Source: a virus. From it: a stretch of DNA of 64,000 bases. Below the pieces are notes generated by a model, which was not told the origin of the DNA, ran no database searches, and saw only the letters and a list, made by a program, of their open reading frames with translations. The stretch is taken from the IMG/VR virus record IMGVR_UViG_3300008516_000951, positions 3,930 through 67,929 of that record. One strand, written 5' to 3'. Shown piece by piece: positions 8,094 through 16,905 of this stretch. A program made the position numbers and the translations under genes. The first letter of the stretch is position 1. Every line of letters starts with the position of its first letter.

Positions 8094-9291
8094 AGGATTT
8101 TTTTCACAATCCGATTTCCAAGGAACAAAACCCACATCGAAATTACCGTTATGTGGATTGTGTGGTCTTTATAAAAATTGCAAAAGTCCCAAAATGCCAG
8201 TCACAGGCAAAGGCAAAAAGAATATATTGGTAGTGGCCGAAGCACCAGGCCAAGAGGAAGATAAATATAATGAACAACTGATAGGTAAGGCCGGACAATA
8301 TCTACGAAGAATACTCCGTAAGTTAGACGTGAATTTGGACCGGGATTGTTGGAAAACCAATGCAATTATTTGCAGACCACCCCATAATGAAACCCCTGAG
8401 AACAAAATTATTGAAGCGTGCCGACCAAATCTCTTGAAAACAATTGATGAGATTAAACCGCGTGTTATCATATTATTGGGTGGAATCGCTACAAAATCTC
8501 TAATAGGCTCGATGTGGACTGACAGCACCGGATTCCCAATAAGTCGATGGATAGGGTGGTCTATCCCTTCACATAAATACAATTGCTGGATAATTCCCAC
8601 TTGGCATCCTTCGTATTTATTAAGGCAATCAAGGAACAACGTGTTAGCACTTCACTTTAAGAAGCATTTGAAACTTGCCTTGGGAAAGAGTCTAAAAAGA
8701 CCTTGGAATACCGTACCTGATTATGAAAAACAAGTCGAAATCATTTCACGCCCATCACAAGCTGCGAAATTGATAATTGAACTGATGAATAAAAAGGGTG
8801 CTATTGCTTTTGACTACGAGACAAATTGTTTGAAACCTGATGGGGAAGGCCCTGAAATAGTATCGTGCTCAATCTGTTGGAAAGGTAAAAAAACTTTTGC
8901 ATACCCTTTTCAAGGTAATGCGATAGAAGCCACCAGTAAATTATTAAAGTCGCCAGTGCCTAAAATCGGATTCAATTTACAATTTGAAGAGCGTTGGACC
9001 AGAGCTATATTGGGACATCCGGTTAGAAACTGGTTTTTCGATTCAATGATAGCCACACATAGGTTAGATAATCGTCAGGATATATGTAGTTTGAAATTCC
9101 AATCCTTCGTTAACTTAGGTGCTGCAAAATTCAAAGATGTAACCGAGCCATATTTGAAACCAAGTAAAGATAAGTTCAATCGAATTCACGAATTGGATTG
9201 GAAAGATTTATTGCTGCGTAATGGGATGGATAGTTTGCTGACCTACAAATTGGCTATGAAACAGATGAAACTATTAAGAATACAAAAATGA
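8086..9291 (+). CDS. Family-4 uracil-DNA glycosylase-like domain fused to DnaQ-like 3'-5' exonuclease (N-terminal part of PolA)
   Basis: CGLC..C, VAEAPG, CRPP and WHPSY (UDG4). FDYET, FNLQFE and NGMD (Exo I-III). Confidence 0.85.
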   Translation: MPKGFFSQSDFQGTKPTSKLPLCGLCGLYKNCKSPKMPVTGKGKKNILVVAEAPGQEEDKYNEQLIGKAGQYLRRILRKLDVNLDRDCWKTNAIICRPPHNETPENKIIEACRPNLLKTIDEIKPRVIILLGGIATKSLIGSMWTDSTGFPISRWIGWSIPSHKYNCWIIPTWHPSYLLRQSRNNVLALHFKKHLKLALGKSLKRPWNTVPDYEKQVEIISRPSQAAKLIIELMNKKGAIAFDYETNCLKPDGEGPEIVSCSICWKGKKTFAYPFQGNAIEATSKLLKSPVPKIGFNLQFEERWTRAILGHPVRNWFFDSMIATHRLDNRQDICSLKFQSFVNLGAAKFKDVTEPYLKPSKDKFNRIHELDWKDLLLRNGMDSLLTYKLAMKQMKLLRIQK

Positions 9292-9502
9292 GAATTGTAG
9301 TGGTGTGTAGCAGTTGTAAGCAGGAATTGAAAATCAATCAAGGGTTTATAAAGGTCTTGATAGTATTGTATTAGGTGTGGAACCTTGTACAAACCCGGAC
9401 TGTTATCCTAAAGAAATTGATAACAGGGCCGAAAAAATAATTGATTCTCTCAAGGAGATTATAAATGAAAGCCAAGAACAAAACAAAGACAAAAACAAGT
9501 AA
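9288..9502 (+). pseudogene. Frameshifted small Zn-ribbon gene
   Basis: MRIVVVCSSCKQELKIN in one frame continues as GLDSIVLGVEPCTNPDC...* in the -1 frame around 9345-9355. Confidence 0.45.
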
Positions 9503-10088
9503 GAAAAAGACAAAAACAAAGGTGAAAACATCTAAGAAAAAGACAGAAACAGTTAAACCAAAACCATTGATAAGATTCACAATTGATAAATCTTTGGCAA
9601 GAGCATTATCCCTCACAAAAGGAGGCCCTAATTCGCATTATATGGAACAATCTTTAGATGTTGCCCGTGTAACCGAAAAGGGGGAAATTATCACAACTAA
9701 TAGGTGTTCTTTACTTGTGGTCACACCCATCAAAGACAACAGATTACTATTATCAAATATACAACAAGGTCTTTACGATATTGTTGGAGACACTTTTTTG
9801 AAAATAGATAAAGAAGAATTTATATTTCCAGACTGTGTACAATTTATATCCACAAAACCGAAATTGTTAGGGACCAGTATCATATCTTTACTCAGTGATA
9901 TACTTACCTATATGATTAAAAGCCAAACAAAAATAAATATTTGGAGATTTGAAAACGTCCTCAAAATACTCAATAAATATAATAGCTGGACTTTTTATGG
10001 TGATTCTCCACATACACATATACTAATGGAATGTGAAACATTTCAATATAATATCAAATATGTTGTTATGCCTGTGTCAATGAAATGA
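9465..10088 (+). CDS. Truncated beta-clamp-like protein with Lys/Thr-rich N-tail
   Basis: ITTNRCSLLVV (cf. ATDGHRL), FPDC, C-terminal YVVMPV as in DnaN. Confidence 0.5.
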   Translation: MKAKNKTKTKTSKKKTKTKVKTSKKKTETVKPKPLIRFTIDKSLARALSLTKGGPNSHYMEQSLDVARVTEKGEIITTNRCSLLVVTPIKDNRLLLSNIQQGLYDIVGDTFLKIDKEEFIFPDCVQFISTKPKLLGTSIISLLSDILTYMIKSQTKINIWRFENVLKILNKYNSWTFYGDSPHTHILMECETFQYNIKYVVMPVSMK

Positions 10089-10133
10089 ACACAAAAACAT
10101 TATAAATCAAAACAAAAATCACAGGATAAATAA

Positions 10134-11522
10134 TTGAAACCTATTACAGACCAAGCATATAAACTTTTTCACAATGGTAGTATTGCCTTGGCCCAAGTTT
10201 CATCCAACGGCATTCGTATAGACACGGACTATCTGCATCGACAAATAAAATCTGTCTCTCATCGGATTCTCAAAATTGAGGAATTGTTAAAGCAAAATAA
10301 AATATACAAAGTTTGGAGGCGCCGTTATCGAGATAGATTTACATTCGGTTCCCGGACCCAGTTGGGGAATGTATTATTTGAGACGATGGGATATGACCCT
10401 TCAACTTTTACCAAAAAAACAGGAAGGGCAAAAGCTGATGAAGCCGCTTTGAAAAGTATAAAAGAACCTTTTATCAATAAATATCTGCTTCTGGAAAGAC
10501 TGAAAAAAACCCGCAGCACTTATCTCAAAGGAATTTTGCGGGAAACAATCGATGGTTTTGTACACCCAAATTTCCCATTACACTTAGTACGTTCCTATCG
10601 TGGGAGTAGCGACCATCCTAATTTTACTAATATCCCAATGAAAGACCCCCAAATTAAAAAATTAGTGCGAAGGGCTTTTATATCTCGTAAAAATCACCGC
10701 CTTATTGAGATTGATTTCAAAGGTGCTGAGATTTGCTCTGCGACTTGTTATCATAAAGACCCAGCAATGATTAAATACATACAGAATCCAAAATTGGATT
10801 TACACAGGGATATGGGGGCCCAATGCTATAAAGTTAAAAAGGGCCAAGTCACCTGGGGTATTCGGGATTGTGGAAAAAACAGATTTGTCTTTGCCGAATT
10901 TTATGGTGATTGGTACATAACACGTGCCCCTGATTTATGGGGTGCTATTAAGACAATGAATCTCAAGGTTGAAGATACCGGCTGCGATTTATATTCACAT
11001 TTAGAAACAAAGGGTATTTATGAATTAGGTGACTGTGACCCGGATAAGGAACCAAGGGAGGGAACCTTCGAGAAGCATATTAAAGAGGTCGAATACGATT
11101 TCTGGAACAGACGATTCAGAGTTTATAATCAATGGAAAAAAGACTGGTATAATAAGTATTTGAAATTGGGCTATTTCGATACATTAACAGGATTCAGAAT
11201 TGAAAGTGTTCTCAATAGAAAACAAGTCATAAATTATGGTATCCAAGGCTCGGCCTTTCACTGGTTGTTATGGTGTTTGATTAAGATTCAAAGAATCCTA
11301 AATAAATATAAAATGAAATCCTTCATTATCGGACAGATTCACGACAGCATCGTTAGCGATGTTCATAAAGACGAAATGAAGGATTATCTGGATATTGTGA
11401 AACAAGTTATTTATGAGGACATTAGAAAGCACTGGAAATGGATTATTGTACCATTGGTAGTTGAATGTGAGATGAGTCCGGTGGATGGTAATTGGTATGA
11501 GAAAATTGGTGTGGAGATATGA
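10134..11522 (+). CDS. Family A DNA polymerase, polymerase domain only
   Basis: NGIRID, motif A DFKGAE, motif B RDCGKNRFVFAEFYG, NYGIQG, motif C QIHDS. Confidence 0.92.
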   Translation: MKPITDQAYKLFHNGSIALAQVSSNGIRIDTDYLHRQIKSVSHRILKIEELLKQNKIYKVWRRRYRDRFTFGSRTQLGNVLFETMGYDPSTFTKKTGRAKADEAALKSIKEPFINKYLLLERLKKTRSTYLKGILRETIDGFVHPNFPLHLVRSYRGSSDHPNFTNIPMKDPQIKKLVRRAFISRKNHRLIEIDFKGAEICSATCYHKDPAMIKYIQNPKLDLHRDMGAQCYKVKKGQVTWGIRDCGKNRFVFAEFYGDWYITRAPDLWGAIKTMNLKVEDTGCDLYSHLETKGIYELGDCDPDKEPREGTFEKHIKEVEYDFWNRRFRVYNQWKKDWYNKYLKLGYFDTLTGFRIESVLNRKQVINYGIQGSAFHWLLWCLIKIQRILNKYKMKSFIIGQIHDSIVSDVHKDEMKDYLDIVKQVIYEDIRKHWKWIIVPLVVECEMSPVDGNWYEKIGVEI

Positions 11523-11791
11523 GTAAAGAATTAAAGTGTCGCTATTGTAAAGGAAGATTGTTCTTTGGTTTTAATCACCGTTGTTCGGAACGTGTTCTCA
11601 ATGAATATTTCGATAAACTTAATCAGCAACGTCTCAGAACCATTGAATCATTGGAATGGATGATGATGGATATGAAACACAAATACAATGAACAAAAAGG
11701 GACATTGGATGAGGATGTTTGCAGTGAGTACAGCCCCAAACTACAAAAGGCAATTGATTTATTAGAAGAATTGAAAGCGAATAAAATATGA
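11519..11791 (+). CDS. Hypothetical protein with CxxC...HxC
   Basis: 90 aa, ATGA-coupled on both sides. Confidence 0.6.
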   Translation: MSKELKCRYCKGRLFFGFNHRCSERVLNEYFDKLNQQRLRTIESLEWMMMDMKHKYNEQKGTLDEDVCSEYSPKLQKAIDLLEELKANKI

Positions 11792-12449
11792 AATTGCCAA
11801 TCGGTAAAATAATCTGTGGAGATTGTCGGGATGTGATAAAAACCTTTCCTGATGAATGTAAAAATATGGTTATCATTACCGACCCACCCTACGGAATTCA
11901 GTATGATAAAATACAAGGGACTCGTCCAAAAGAAAAAAAGAGGAAAAAATGCAAGGTGACGATGCAACAATGGATTTGTCATTTCTAATCAGACGGCCTG
12001 AGTTAAAAATTATATTCGGAATGCAAGATTTTTGGCGACAGATTCCTTTTTATGGAAGATGGCTATGTTGGGACAAGCGTGTGAAAAAGATTGCGGATTA
12101 TGCAATTGGCGGTCCATTTGAATTAGCGTGGATAAGTAAGGACACCGGATATTACAAAATATACAGAGTGATGCACGGCGGGCCTATAAATAATGACAAC
12201 CCCAACAAACCCCGCTTTCACCCAACACAAAAACCCATCCGGCTAATGGCTGCTATTATCCGTGATTTTTCTAAAGAGAGTGATATTATATTGGACCCAT
12301 TTGTAGGTAGTGGGTCCACTTGTATTGCCGCAGAGAGAGAAGGTCGAAAGTGGATTGGAATAGAGATTGATAAAGAATACTGCCAAATTGCAAGAAGGCG
12401 TATCAAAACTGAAAAAAGAAATCCTTCATTGTTCAAAGGGAAATTATGA
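11788..12449 (+). CDS. DNA amino-methyltransferase split by a -1 frameshift
   Basis: ITDPPYG in the first frame. HPTQKP and ILDPFVGSGST in the -1 frame. A_AAA_AAG at 11934-11940 joins them. Confidence 0.8.
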
Positions 12450-13381
12450 GCAAAGAATTGTACAAGAAATATCGACCCAAAATCTTAGACGAAATCTTCG
12501 GCCAATCAAATTCGGTTACGATATTGGCTCGAATGATAAAATCAGAAACCATCCCCCATACAATACTTTTTTCAGGGCCATCCGGCTGCGGCAAGACTAC
12601 ACTCGCCCGGATAATGAGGCGTAAATTGAAATGCCATAAATTCGATTTCACTGAATTAAACACGGCTGACTTTCGGGGCATAGACGAGGTGCGTAAAATA
12701 CGAGTGCGGATACAATCTGCACCATTGAAAGGTAAATGCCGTGTATGGTTAATCGACGAATGCCATAAATTAACATCGGATGCTCAACACGCCTTACTCA
12801 AAATGTTAGAGGACACACCAAATCATATCTATTTCTTTTTAGCCACAACCAATCCAGAAAAACTACTCAAAACAATTCGCAATCGATGCACTGAAATATC
12901 AGTCAAACCATTGAAGGACAAAGACCTGATTGAATTGATAAAGTCTGTTTGTATAAAGGAAGGTCTAACTGGATTCCCTTCTGATGTAGTCAAAAAAATA
13001 GTTGAATGCAGCGAAGGCTCGGCAAGGAAGGCACTGGTATTTTTACACAAAGTTATTGAGCTAAAAAACAAAAAGGAAATGTTAAATGCTATCATAACAG
13101 CGAGTGCCGAAACACAAGCATTTGAAATAGTCCGAGCCTTATTATACAAACCGAAAACAACTTGGTCCCAAATGGCCAAGATTCTTCGAGAAACTATGGG
13201 CGAAGATGCAGAGCAAATCAGATGGTTGGTGCTGGCTTGTGCAAAAACAGAAATCCTCAAAGGTGGGAAATTGGCAGCCAAAGCATTCCTTATTATAGAT
13301 GCTTTCCGTGATAATTTTTACGATAGTAAGCACGCAGGGCTTTGTGCGGCGTGTTATGAGGTTATTGTTGGGAGTGGTTAA
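12446..13381 (+). CDS. Clamp loader, DnaX (gamma/tau)-like AAA+ ATPase
   Basis: LYKKYRP, GPSGCGKTT, LIDECHKL, LLKMLEDTP, TIRNRC. Confidence 0.92.
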   Translation: MSKELYKKYRPKILDEIFGQSNSVTILARMIKSETIPHTILFSGPSGCGKTTLARIMRRKLKCHKFDFTELNTADFRGIDEVRKIRVRIQSAPLKGKCRVWLIDECHKLTSDAQHALLKMLEDTPNHIYFFLATTNPEKLLKTIRNRCTEISVKPLKDKDLIELIKSVCIKEGLTGFPSDVVKKIVECSEGSARKALVFLHKVIELKNKKEMLNAIITASAETQAFEIVRALLYKPKTTWSQMAKILRETMGEDAEQIRWLVLACAKTEILKGGKLAAKAFLIIDAFRDNFYDSKHAGLCAACYEVIVGSG

Positions 13382-13388
13382 TTTTTAA

Positions 13389-13419
13389 TGGCAGGAAGCA
13401 CTGAGTTAATTTGATAATA
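13389..13419 (+). promoter_or_regulatory. Conserved phage promoter-like motif, copy 2
   Basis: TGGCAGGAAGCACTGAGTTAATTTGATAATA, upstream of RBS GGAAAGGA and ORF 13451. Confidence 0.7.
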
Positions 13420-13450
13420 ATAAGAAAAGGTTTATTGGAAAGGATTAAGA

Positions 13451-13933
13451 ATGAAAGTAACACCAGAATTTTTCGATATTGATATGAATCAATTGGATGT
13501 GGAATGGTTAAGACAACCGCGAATGTTCTTTACTACCGCCGAAGCGTTAGCCGAAGCCCGCCGAGATTTCGAGCAAGCAAAAAGTGAGTTGGATTTGACC
13601 GACGCCGAATTAGACAAGGCTATTAGAGCTAATCCAGAAGAATATGGCTTGCCTCAAAAGACAACCGAAACTATGATAAGCAAAACCATCATCGCTTGTG
13701 AAAACCATACTGCGGCATCGGATGAAATTCAAATGAAGAAGCACCGTGTCGATGTTCTCCAAGCTGCTGTCACGGCATTAGACCATCGCAAGAAAGCGTT
13801 GGAGAATCTAGTCCAACTTCACGGCCAAAACTATTTTTCGACTCCGATAGCGAAAGGCAATTCTAAAGACGTAATAGAAGAAGCCAAGAAAATTAAGTCT
13901 CGCCGGGGAAAACGAAGGAAACGTGATGCTTGA
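13451..13933 (+). CDS. UvsY-like recombination mediator (coiled coil)
   Basis: Helical, ALDHRKKALENLV C-terminal motif, adjacent to SSB and recombinase. Confidence 0.55.
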   Translation: MKVTPEFFDIDMNQLDVEWLRQPRMFFTTAEALAEARRDFEQAKSELDLTDAELDKAIRANPEEYGLPQKTTETMISKTIIACENHTAASDEIQMKKHRVDVLQAAVTALDHRKKALENLVQLHGQNYFSTPIAKGNSKDVIEEAKKIKSRRGKRRKRDA

Positions 13934-14090
13934 TATATTATTTTGGATTGTATTAGGAATAATAACTACCCCCATTGTGGTGTATTTATGGGTAAGGTCG
14001 GCCACCTTGGGATTCTTTAGAGGAAAGGATTTATATGGCAATATAAAAAGTCAAAATCAACAGGACAACAACAATAATGATAAGGAGTAA
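13926..14090 (+). CDS. Small single-pass membrane protein (54 aa)
   Basis: MLDILFWIVLGIITTPIVVYLWVRSATLGFFRGK... Below the ORF-track cutoff. Confidence 0.6.
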   Translation: MLDILFWIVLGIITTPIVVYLWVRSATLGFFRGKDLYGNIKSQNQQDNNNNDKE

Positions 14091-14097
14091 ACTAATT

Positions 14098-15210
14098 ATG
14101 TCGAAAAGAAAAAAGAAACAAAGAGCAACTCGCAGTTCAAGAAAAGCAGCTAAAAGACGTTCTGAGGAACACAAAAGTGGATTTGACAGGACATCATTGG
14201 ATGTGCCCGAAGGTGTGAATCTTTTCGGACTCAAGAGTGACAGGCCTATTCGCATCGATATTATCCCTTATAAAGTAGGAAAAGGGAATCCGTATGCTGA
14301 TGAAGGTGAATTGCATTGGGAAAGAACATTCTTCGTTCATCGGGGGATAGGCCCTGAGCAAAACAATTATGTATGCCCTCGACGGACTGCCGATAAGAAA
14401 TGTCCAATTTGTGAACATCGGACTAAACTTATGAAAGACCCCGAGGCGGATGAAGACCTTATCAAAGATTTAGCACCGAAGGAACGGCAACTGTTTAATA
14501 TTGTAGATACCAAAGACCGTGACAAAGGCGTTCAGATTTGGGACATATCATTCTGGCTTTTCGGTAAGGCTTTGGATGCATTACGTGATAATGCTGATGA
14601 AGATGATGATTACGAAGCCTTTGCCGATTTGGAAGGTGGTATGACTTTGAAGTGTGCTGTTGAGGAAAAACGATTCTCCGGTAACACTTATTACGAGGTC
14701 ATCAACATCATTTTCAAACCCCGCAGAGAGGATTATGACGAAGATATGCTCGACAAGTCGAATTGTTTGGATGAAGTGGTAAAGATTCTACCTTATAAAG
14801 AATTGAAAGCCATCTTTTTGCAAACAGAAGATGAGGATAACGACGAAGACGACGAAGACAATAACGATGATGATGAAGATTTTGAAGATGCCGTCCCAGA
14901 TAAAGACAACGATGATGATGACGATGATGAAGATTGGGGGGATGAAGATGAAGAGGGAGACGACGATGATGATGACGATGATGATGAAGATGATGAAGAT
15001 GATGATGAAGATGATGATGACGAAGATGATGACGAAGATGAGGACTGGGGGAATGAGGAAGAAGATGAAGTAAAGAAACCAAAATCCAAGTCGAAATCCA
15101 AATCAAAGTCGAAATCAAAACCTAAGTCAAAGAAACCGAAATCCAAATCAAAATCAAAGAAACCAAAATCCAAGTCGAAATCCAAGTCGAAAAAGAAAGG
15201 TAAAAAATAG
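14098..15210 (+). CDS. T4 gp32-like single-stranded DNA-binding protein with acidic then basic low-complexity tail
   Basis: FVHRGIG, YVCP...CPICE Zn site, very acidic C-terminal region. RBS AAGGAG. Confidence 0.8.
   Translation: MSKRKKKQRATRSSRKAAKRRSEEHKSGFDRTSLDVPEGVNLFGLKSDRPIRIDIIPYKVGKGNPYADEGELHWERTFFVHRGIGPEQNNYVCPRRTADKKCPICEHRTKLMKDPEADEDLIKDLAPKERQLFNIVDTKDRDKGVQIWDISFWLFGKALDALRDNADEDDDYEAFADLEGGMTLKCAVEEKRFSGNTYYEVINIIFKPRREDYDEDMLDKSNCLDEVVKILPYKELKAIFLQTEDEDNDEDDEDNNDDDEDFEDAVPDKDNDDDDDDEDWGDEDEEGDDDDDDDDDEDDEDDDEDDDDEDDDEDEDWGNEEEDEVKKPKSKSKSKSKSKSKPKSKKPKSKSKSKKPKSKSKSKSKKKGKK
14828..15207 (+). repeat. Low-complexity GAY/GAR (Asp/Glu) tract followed by (Lys-Ser)n tract
   Basis: Direct reading of codons. 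Confidence 0.9.
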
Positions 15211-15221
15211 GGAGTTTAATC

Positions 15222-15290
15222 GTAGTGGGATATGAGATTGTTTATTGTAGAGATGGTAGCCTCTTTTGTTTGACCCCCATATTCCACTAC
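15222..15290 (+). other. Long intergenic hairpin
   Basis: GTAGTGGGATATG ... CATATTCCACTAC followed by ATTTTT. Confidence 0.6.
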
Positions 15291-15309
15291 ATTTTTGACA
15301 AGTAAAGAC

Positions 15310-15434
15310 GGGGCGGCGGTGTGTGTGAAACGCTGGCGAATCGTGTGCTAAGCGAAGTGGCGAGAGTTGGATAAAGGCCAACACAGCTATTACGGATGCT
15401 CCCCCGGAACCAGGTAAAAATCCTGCCCGCCCCA
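15310..15434 (+). ncRNA. tRNA-like structured RNA with expanded central domain
   Basis: GGGGCGG/CCGCCCC-A acceptor-like stem, GTGT/ACGC D-like arm, CAGG-TAAAAAT-CCTG T-like arm. No canonical anticodon arm. Confidence 0.55.
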
Positions 15435-15457
15435 TTTTTTGAAAGGATTGTAAGAAA

Positions 15458-15679
15458 ATGAGTTGTAAGCAATGTCAAGAATTTCAAGAATCTGAGGCAA
15501 CAAGTTATTATCGTTGGAAAAATGCAAACATTGAAATTAGAGCGTGCCACATTCATTTAACAGAAATTTTCAGTGCATTGGATTTTATGCAAAAAGACGA
15601 AAATCTAAATGGTGGAAATTTTGGTTATGAAAACCGAAGACCTCAAAAAAGCATTACGCAAGAAAAAGCAGAAGCGTAA
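15458..15679 (+). CDS. Small CxxC protein
   Basis: RBS GAAAGGA. MSCKQC...CHIH. Confidence 0.6.
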   Translation: MSCKQCQEFQESEATSYYRWKNANIEIRACHIHLTEIFSALDFMQKDENLNGGNFGYENRRPQKSITQEKAEA

Positions 15680-16694
15680 AGTATCTGCAAAGGATTTTTT
15701 GTCCACCGGTTCGACTTTGTTGAATTTGGCTTGTACAGGAAAGCCGAATCGTGGTTTCAAAAAAGGACACTATTATTATCTTGTAGGTGATACCGATTCG
15801 GGAAAGACATTTCTGTCTTTGACTTGTTTGGCCGAAGCATCTATCAATCCCAATTTCAAAGATTATCGTTTCATATTTGATAATGCCGAAGATGGTGCAT
15901 TGATGGATATAGAAAAGTTTTTTGGTAAGGCTGTTGCATCTCGGATAGAACCACCCAGCATAGGAAAGCTGTATTCTGATACCATCGAAGAATTTTATTA
16001 TCACGTTGATGACGCTGTTAAAATGAAAAGACCTTTCATATATATATTAGATTCGATGGATGCGTTGAGCAGTGATTACGAAGGTGAAAAATTTGATGAG
16101 CATAAAACAGCATATCGTAAGGGGCGAAAGGCTGTTGGCTCTTATGGTGATGGCAAGGCCAAAATAAACTCCCAAAGTATCCGCCAACTACTTACTTATC
16201 TTCGCAAGTCTGGTTCTATTTTAATTGTCATTAGCCAAACAAGGGATAACTTGGGATTTGGTTTTGCAAAAAAGACTCGTAGTGGTGGGCACTCTCTGGC
16301 TTTTTATGCTTGTATTGTTATTTGGTCAAGCGTTAAAAAATCAATCAAGAGGACCGTTAGAAGCAAAAACCGACAATTAGGCACGCTATGCAAAGTCCAG
16401 GTCAAACGAAATCGCCTCACTGGTAGGCAACGGTCTGTTGAAATGCCCATATACTATTCCTTTGGAATTGACGACATAGGTAGTTGCGTTGATTACCTGT
16501 TGGATGAAAAGCACTGGAGGAAATCCGGGGAAAAGATACGGGCCCCGGAATTTGAATTCAAAGGAACCAGAAAAAAGTTCATTAAGTTTATCGAAAAAGA
16601 AGGTTTGGAAAAAGACCTGAAAGATATTGTTAGCGATGTGTGGAATGAAATCGACGAAGCGTGTTCTATTAAAAGAAAACGGAAATATGAGTGA
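15627..16694 (+). CDS. RecA/UvsX-like recombinase
   Basis: LSTGSTLLNLA, GDTDSGKT, ILDSMDAL, ISQTR, SGGHSLAFYA. Confidence 0.92.
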   Translation: MKTEDLKKALRKKKQKRKVSAKDFLSTGSTLLNLACTGKPNRGFKKGHYYYLVGDTDSGKTFLSLTCLAEASINPNFKDYRFIFDNAEDGALMDIEKFFGKAVASRIEPPSIGKLYSDTIEEFYYHVDDAVKMKRPFIYILDSMDALSSDYEGEKFDEHKTAYRKGRKAVGSYGDGKAKINSQSIRQLLTYLRKSGSILIVISQTRDNLGFGFAKKTRSGGHSLAFYACIVIWSSVKKSIKRTVRSKNRQLGTLCKVQVKRNRLTGRQRSVEMPIYYSFGIDDIGSCVDYLLDEKHWRKSGEKIRAPEFEFKGTRKKFIKFIEKEGLEKDLKDIVSDVWNEIDEACSIKRKRKYE

Positions 16695-16905
16695 AAACCA
16701 AAATCTTAGACCAGGTGATGTAATAAAATTCAAATCAGATGCTCAAGTCTTTGGCATCGGAGTTTTGCATCATAAAAAATCGCCTATATATTGGGATATA
16801 ACAACATCCGACTTTTCATATACTTCTATCCCAAGCGATTTTGAAAAGATAAATGACTTAAATGTGTTTGATTTGATAGATAAGGAATTGAGAAAAAATG
16901 AATAA
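16687..16905 (+). CDS. Hypothetical protein
   Basis: MSENQNLRPGDVIKF. Overlaps both neighbours. Confidence 0.6.
   Translation: MSENQNLRPGDVIKFKSDAQVFGIGVLHHKKSPIYWDITTSDFSYTSIPSDFEKINDLNVFDLIDKELRKNE

Noticed and set aside
9292-10133. Self-splicing intron or split intein between the exonuclease and polymerase genes
   Set aside because: No group I/II consensus or intein blocks seen. The gap holds ordinary ORFs.
14714-15185. His-rich, Ser-rich and Met-rich ORFs overlapping the SSB tail
   Set aside because: They are alternative-frame shadows of the GAT/GAC/GAA repeat, with no RBS or domain signal.
15310-15434. Canonical tRNA or tmRNA
   Set aside because: No 7-nt anticodon loop in a standard arm, non-consensus T loop, too short for tmRNA and no tag frame. 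Kept only as tRNA-like.
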